A stretch of DNA of 55,777 bases, counting the filler, from Sphacelaria rigidula (taxonomy: Eukaryota): assembly GCA_964200075.2 (NCBI GenBank). It is 3 parts of 3 records of this genome, joined end to end, with 100 filler letters (N's around TTAATTAATTAA, not from the genome) between each part and the next. Parts side by side here need not be neighbours in the genome. Positions count along the whole stretch, not along the records: positions 37,253 to 55,777 come from CAXNAA020000846.1; 2 more parts are not named here. One strand, written 5' to 3'. A program made the translations under genes and the position numbers. Below are positions 49,965 through 55,777 of the stretch, in pieces. The notes beneath the pieces were generated by a model that was not told where the DNA came from, searched no databases, and saw only the letters and a list, made by a program, of their open reading frames with translations. Positions within the stretch are counted from its first letter, which is position 1; the number at the start of each line of letters is the position of its first letter.

Positions 49965-52900
49965 GTGGTTCTATTCGCTAGGACTGAAGAAAAACTGAAG
50001 CTGGTAGCTGACGAGATCAAGGCTGCAGGGGGCGAAGCTCTCGTTGTGGCCGGCGATGCTTCCAAGGTACGAAGTACTGTACAGCAGTAGCTCTTTTGGG
50101 TCCCCGAGGAATACGAAGATCGCATATCTCCATTGTAGCACTGCGTTCTTTTGGTTTCCTGAGTAGTTTCCTGCTGTTTATTCTCTTGTAATTGCTTTCT
50201 TGTCGTTGCTGGAGCAGGAAGCCGACTGCAAGAACATGGTGGACATGGCCGTGTCTACCTACGGCGGCCTGCACGTGGCGTTCAACAACCACGGCATCTT
50301 CCAGGGTAGTTCGTTCGCCGAGATGACGGATGAGATGGCGACCTCCCTGCTGGACATCAACCTCAAGTCTCTCATCTTCTGCTTCAAGTACGAGGTACGG
50401 ATATCACAGGATCGATGCAAATGTTTACATTTCTGAACACAATTAGGTGTGAACCTGGCACTGTTTGTTAACCCTTCGACCGCCCGGAATTGTTTTCATT
50501 GTATGCGCAACTGGTATAATGGTTTGCTCGAAAATGTCCCAGACTTGAGTGTTTTTCAGTTGAATCACGTCTTAATTTTTTCCGTTTGCGCAGAAGCCAG
50601 CGTGCGCGAACGGCCGATACACGATCAGTCGGACCAATAATGGCCATCTTTCGCCCCTTTTCCCAGATCACAGAGAAGAACCCTGGGAACCCGAAAAACG
50701 TCAAAAATGACAAAAACAAAAGAAGCATAACTGGCTCTTTTTCTCCGGTTCATCGCTGGCAAACGATAGCTGCACCTAGCCCGAAACCACCAGTTCACAT
50801 TATAGCCTTCAAGTACTTCAAAACAAGCAAAAATCGTCGAAATTTCGCCGAAAATTCACAGATTGAACGGCATTTGGTCGAAATTTGGCCATGTTTGACC
50901 GAGCGATTCTAAGGTTGTAGGTCGATTATTTTGTTCTTGTTTTTTCGAGTGGCCATCTCCACAACTATATATTTCCAACGAACCTAGTCATAACATCGTT
51001 AGCACCCCGGTTGACAAGGTACGGCCTATCCCCCACAACGAACTTTACTTATGGGACAGAAGAAGTATGTACATCTCGTGGGGATTTTTTCGATCGGATG
51101 TTCGGTAATTGTGTGCGCGTTTTGTGTGTGTATTGCGTCGTTGTGTGTATGCTTGTGTGGTGTGGCCGTTCAATTAGTACCCACGTGAAACACTACTCTT
51201 CCATGTCTTTGTTCCTGTCCACCGCACAGTCTGGTCCTTTTCTCCTGTTCGTATCGGTGCTCTCTATTATTTTGTTTCGTCCCATTACCGTCAGCGGGTT
51301 TCCCCCTCGACCGTCGTACCTCGGGTGCGTCCGTCACGTCGTAAACACGGTCGGCTTCGTGAGAGATTAATTGACGTACGACAGTCTGTCCATCGATCCT
51401 CTGGGGTACACTTCCCGCAATTTTTCTTCTTACTTTCTAAACTTTGACTCCTTCGCGTTATTCACGCAGATCCCTGCTATGGCTAAGTCAGGAGACAAAG
51501 GATCCATCATCGTCAATAGCTCTGCGATGAGCATCAGGGCAACCGCCATGTCCAAAATCGCGGGTGTGTACGCAGCAAGTAAGGCGGGCGCGAACATGCT
51601 GGTCCAATACGCGGCGATGGAGGTCAGTTTCTCATTTCCCGAACATGAGACAGATCCCGGTGTACATGCTACTGGGGAGTGAGGGGTGTGTGTGTGTGTG
51701 TGTGAGCAGTTCGGGGTTCGATGGATACGCTGATGTTTACAATCCCCGGTGCGTCTTGAAAATAAACGCGCGAAGGATGAGGATTGCTCAAAGATTCGGG
51801 TTGCGGTATCGGAGAGACAACTTCCAAGCGATGCGTGAGTCCATGTATAAAGCCTTCCGAGCGGGACGCGCACGTGTGTTTTTCTGCTATGTGCAAGGTC
51901 TTTCAGGCGGGACGACTGCGTCGATGTAAGGAGTTGTCCAGGCGGGACGCGTGTTGAGGTGAAAATAAATTGTTGCGGGCGGGGCGCACGTGTCCATGTG
52001 CAAAGTCGGGTGGGGGCGGGAGGGGGCAAGGGCCTTGACCAGCTTTTTGCCCAAAGAAGCTAGTTTGAGAATATCGCCGACGGCGGTAAAGAGTACCTTA
52101 CGTGCTCTCGATGTCGACATTCACAGATGCGTCGTCGGGTGCCCACGAAAGTTCACGCATTATCTTCACACGATGCTTGGCACCTGACGGGGTGCTGTAT
52201 TCTCATTTACCGCTATAGTTGTCTACTGTGTGCCTCCACGCCTTCGCGCCGATCGTGACGACCCAAGACCGTCAAATGATCAAATCAAACACTCCCGCCA
52301 TTCGTATACTTGCTTTGCAAATGCAAATCCATATTCATCAAGGATTAAATCAGCCGTCTCGCGTTTCGTCTTGGCTTCGTCTTTTGTCGTTTTTGTTCTC
52401 TTCTCTCTGCCACGATGTCGAACAGCGGCCACCAGAGAAAAAGACATAGCTTGTCGGGATTTGCGTCCATGTAGTCTCCCCAGACTTATCGTCGATGAAT
52501 TAGTTTGCTGGATGGGTACATTCTCGACCAGTAGCACCGGTTATCTGGGGAAGAAGCGAGGGTGCGCGCCTCGCCTACTGTAGCGAAATCTGAAGAAGAA
52601 AATATGATTCCTCCCGGGCTTCGCAGTCGAAGTTGGTGTATTTTCCTTTTATACCACCGGGGTCCGATGCCCATCTTCAAACAGACGTTCGGTGTGTTTT
52701 CTTACGCCCGCCCGCTCAAAAAGGAACATACCTACAAGCAATGTACATGTCGTGCTCTTTTCGCGTCCGCTTTTCCAAGTACATTCCACATTTGGCGCGT
52801 CTCTTACGCGTGTCTATGTGTTGTTGGTTTCTCGAACAAAACACTGCAGGGAGCGGAGGGCAATGTACGCGTCAACGCTGTCGCGCCCGGACACGTGGTC

Positions 52901-53695
52901 ACCGGGATGTATGCGGGGGTATCCGACGAAGCTCTCGCCGGCGTGATCAAGAACAACCAGCTTATCGAGCGCCCTCTCAAGTCAGAGGAGGTGCGCTAGA
53001 GCATATGGCGGAACGATCACGAGAACATCGAGATATGTTCCATGTATATGCTGGTCTTCTGAAAAAGAGAGGAAGGTTGTGTGTTGCGAGGAAGTCGTGG
53101 AGACTTGTTGTCCGAATGGCATGCATAGTTTTTCATCATTGGTTTTTCACGTCCAGCCCGATCACACGCGAAGCAGTTCACACGAACGGGTGTACTCACC
53201 TGGCAGTACAGCTGAGCGTGACAGAGTTCCTCCTCTTCGCCTCTTCCTGCATGGTGAATTGGCGTGTGGTTTGGTCGCTCTTTCTGTCCTGTTGTGAACA
53301 TGCGGGGAACGGTCGAACCGCTGCACAGGCACAAAAACTGCGACAGGGTACCCCGTCTTGACCCACTGCTTTGGGTTTGACCGTTTCGTGTCCATTTTAC
53401 TGTCGTCAGAGTCCCCGCGTCGGCATGGAAAAAAATCAGTTTCGCATGTAAATCATTCACCCTTGAAAAACAAATCCAAATAGAAGGAAGAATGCCTGCC
53501 CCCCGTCGCTCTCCGCCGTCCATGCCGATAATCTCGCCCGACACTCAATGCCGGTCCCCACGTGCCACGCTACATTACCCTGCCGTCGTGCGTTTTCAGA
53601 TCGCTAAGGCGGCGTTATTCCTGGCCTCTGATGATGCTTCCGCTGTCACGGGATCCATCTGGAGTGTCGATGGTGGATGGGCGAACAAGGCTTGA
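49965..53695 (+). CDS. Classical short-chain dehydrogenase/reductase; last five exons, cofactor-binding first exon absent
   Basis: In-frame CAG/GT exons 49965-50066, 50218-50394, 51470-51622, 52850-52990, 53600-53695. Motifs: YGGLHVAFNNHG, GSIIVNSS, YAASK, VRVNAVAPG, LFLASDDASAVTG…VDGG, then stop. Confidence 0.95.
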
Positions 53696-54242
53696 GCTCT
53701 GGGCCACTCTTGATGAGTCTACTTTCTGATCACGCCCACTCTCCATATCCCTTTCCCCCTATCGAGGAAAGCGGAAGGGTGAAAGAGTGGTTACTTCCTT
53801 CGCGGAGATTTTCATCAAGGTCCAGTACTTTCCCCTGTAGCTGTGGCGACACCAGGATGTCGAGAGATACTTGGACAAGTTCGTGAGCCTACGGGAGCGG
53901 ATCGAGGGGATGCCACCCCCGTCTACTTCAGTGGTTTGGTTTTAGATGTATTTGCATACCAGGCAGGGCAACACATTCTGAAACAAACTTGAGTGGAGAT
54001 GCTGTTGACTCGGATAGGGTGGGCTTCGGGATGAGGGGGATATGGCCTGGCATATCCGATAGCGGGAGCACGGTTTGGACGTACAGTTTTTGCCGTCAGT
54101 CAGTCTGTCTCAAATCCGTGGCAGTCGACGTATTGACGACGGCATATTGCTGAGCTGGAAACTGTGATGCTTTGAAGCGCTTATATAAATAATCCAAGGA
54201 AGATCGCCTAGCTGTTCCAAGGGTATCTCGATGGCGGGCGCA

Positions 54243-54401
54243 GGGGGGGGGGGGGGGGGGGGGGGGGGGGGGCGGGCTTTCGCGTTTGGTGTGGATTAGG
54301 TGGCGTGGTGGTTCCAGAGAAACTGGACATATGNNNNNNNNNNTTTTTGTTGGGGCTTTTAAACATAGACCGAGGAGGAGGGGCTGGGGTGGGTGGGGGT
54401 G

Positions 54402-54438
<37 letters not shown>

Positions 54439-54445
54439 GGCGGGG
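54243..54445. repeat. Poly-G tracts and a short diverged direct repeat around a 10 N gap (54334-54343)
   Basis: Two long G runs, each followed by TTTC.CGTTT..TGT.GATTAGGTG…TGGACATATG. Confidence 0.7.
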
Positions 54446-54914
54446 GTGTGACGTCTTTCACGTTTTCTGTAGATTAGGTGTCATGCGTGTTTCAGACACA
54501 ATGGACATATGTCATTACGAATAGTGAGTTTGTGTTCAGCTTGACGTGAAACTTTTCTGTAGTTCATTTTTGTTTCACCATTTTATGTTGAATATCTGTG
54601 CGATTCTATTGCAGTGCGTCATTTGTGTCAATTGTTCTCGGTGCTTCCAGGAAATGATATCCGCCCGTGTCGGAAAGCGGTTGCAACAATGCACACTGCT
54701 GGCTCCAACAAGACTTCGAAGAGCCCGCGGTATACACATGCGAGCGGCGGCGGGCTTGCAGATAGTATTTGGTATGGTACGGTGTACGTTACCGTGTTGC
54801 TGCCGAAAGGATTTGTGTCGATGATACCTGAACGTGGGAGTGTTCTGAATATCCGTGGTCTTGAGGGATCAACCCACCTCTCCCGCGGTGCACGCCTTAT
54901 ATTTTTGCATCGTT

Positions 54915-55200
54915 GATTGGATCAGCGCTGTCGCACGGCATCGGCGATTTGAAAATAAACGATGCTGTTCACATTTTACCAACTGCGAACCGATCTCAGG
55001 AAAACAGCTTGCATTCATCTGCCGGGGATTGAACCTACAACATTCCACCCCAACAGGTTACCCCCGGCTACCCCCGCCCTGACGTTTCGACGAAGGGAAT
55101 TAGATTGACCGTAAGATAACAAAGAAGATGCACCGGTCGGGATTCGAGTCCTCAAGTTTTCGCCCTGACTGGTTCCGGTTTTACCGTTTTACTTCAGCCC
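54915..55200 (-). mobile_element. Probable tRNA-derived SINE remnants (two box-B-like heads)
   Basis: Minus strand has GGTTCAATCCCCGG (about 55022-55035) and GGACTCGAATCCCGACCGGTGCA (about 55129-55151). No complete cloverleaf. Confidence 0.4.
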
Positions 55201-55777
55201 GCTGGGGAATGGTTGCCGAAAACGATCGGGTTGCTCTGCATGTATCCGGCGTCTCGATAGTGTGTTAGCAACGCCTGGCTGTTCTTAATGCTGAGATGAA
55301 ACGTGTGGTACGTTGATTAGCCTTTCGCCCGTGCCCTCGTGGGAAAGAAAATCGACCCGGTCCTGTCATCTGGTCGTGCTCACGGCAGGAGCTAATTCCA
55401 ACACCCGTGGCCGCTGGTGTGCATTATCCGGATATTCGGGACGTCGATAGGCTATCGGCACGTCGAAAAGCAGGGCGTAGAGCATGAAGACCGCGAGCTG
55501 CGAAACGGATGTTCCAGAACGTGAGGCCGCGATAGCCTGCGCGAGCCGTTTTGATTATACCGAATGAGATTCAAATCTGAACATTTTTCTTCCCATATAA
55601 GGCTTATACAATTTAACAGGGGATCCTGAAAATTGGGGCCCATCTCAAAAATGAGGCTCAAGTGGCATTTCGTTTTTGCAAGGATGACGCGAAACACTCA
55701 CGACCGAGGGAAGCCATCTACCACCCGCACGCCACACCCCCCACACCCGACCCCAACATACAGGCGCCGGGACAGAG

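Noticed and set aside
50468-51370. piggyBac-like MITE in an SDR intron (TTAACCCTT start)
   Set aside because: No matching inverted right end was found.
55000-55200. Functional tRNA genes
   Set aside because: Only box-B/T-arm-like fragments; no complete cloverleaf.

Overview
Eukaryotic, intron-rich, TE-rich DNA, most likely a brown alga or related stramenopile (inferred from exon/intron style and repeat types, not proven). The window is at least three contigs joined by artificial N44-TTAATTAATTAA-N44 linkers (18527-18626, 37153-37252), so neighbourhood across them is unverified. Contig 1 holds a large minus-strand VPS13/chorein-family lipid-bridge gene with apparent N-terminal membrane segments and an EEA1-like C2H2 finger. 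It is divergent from exon 1 of SNU13. Contig 2 holds an unknown low-complexity gene, LINE/MITE remnants, the 5' exons of ARPC2, and a 42-43 bp phased array of CAATATATATTG palindromes with non-repeating spacers. Contig 3 holds a decayed Ty1/copia element, a CACTA-like MITE, and a near full-length decayed Helitron. The Helitron carries a PARP-type zinc-finger-like cargo gene and a solo LTR, and sits inside a second copy of the array repeat. The last five exons of a short-chain dehydrogenase follow. All calls come from reading the sequence by eye; no database searches were run.
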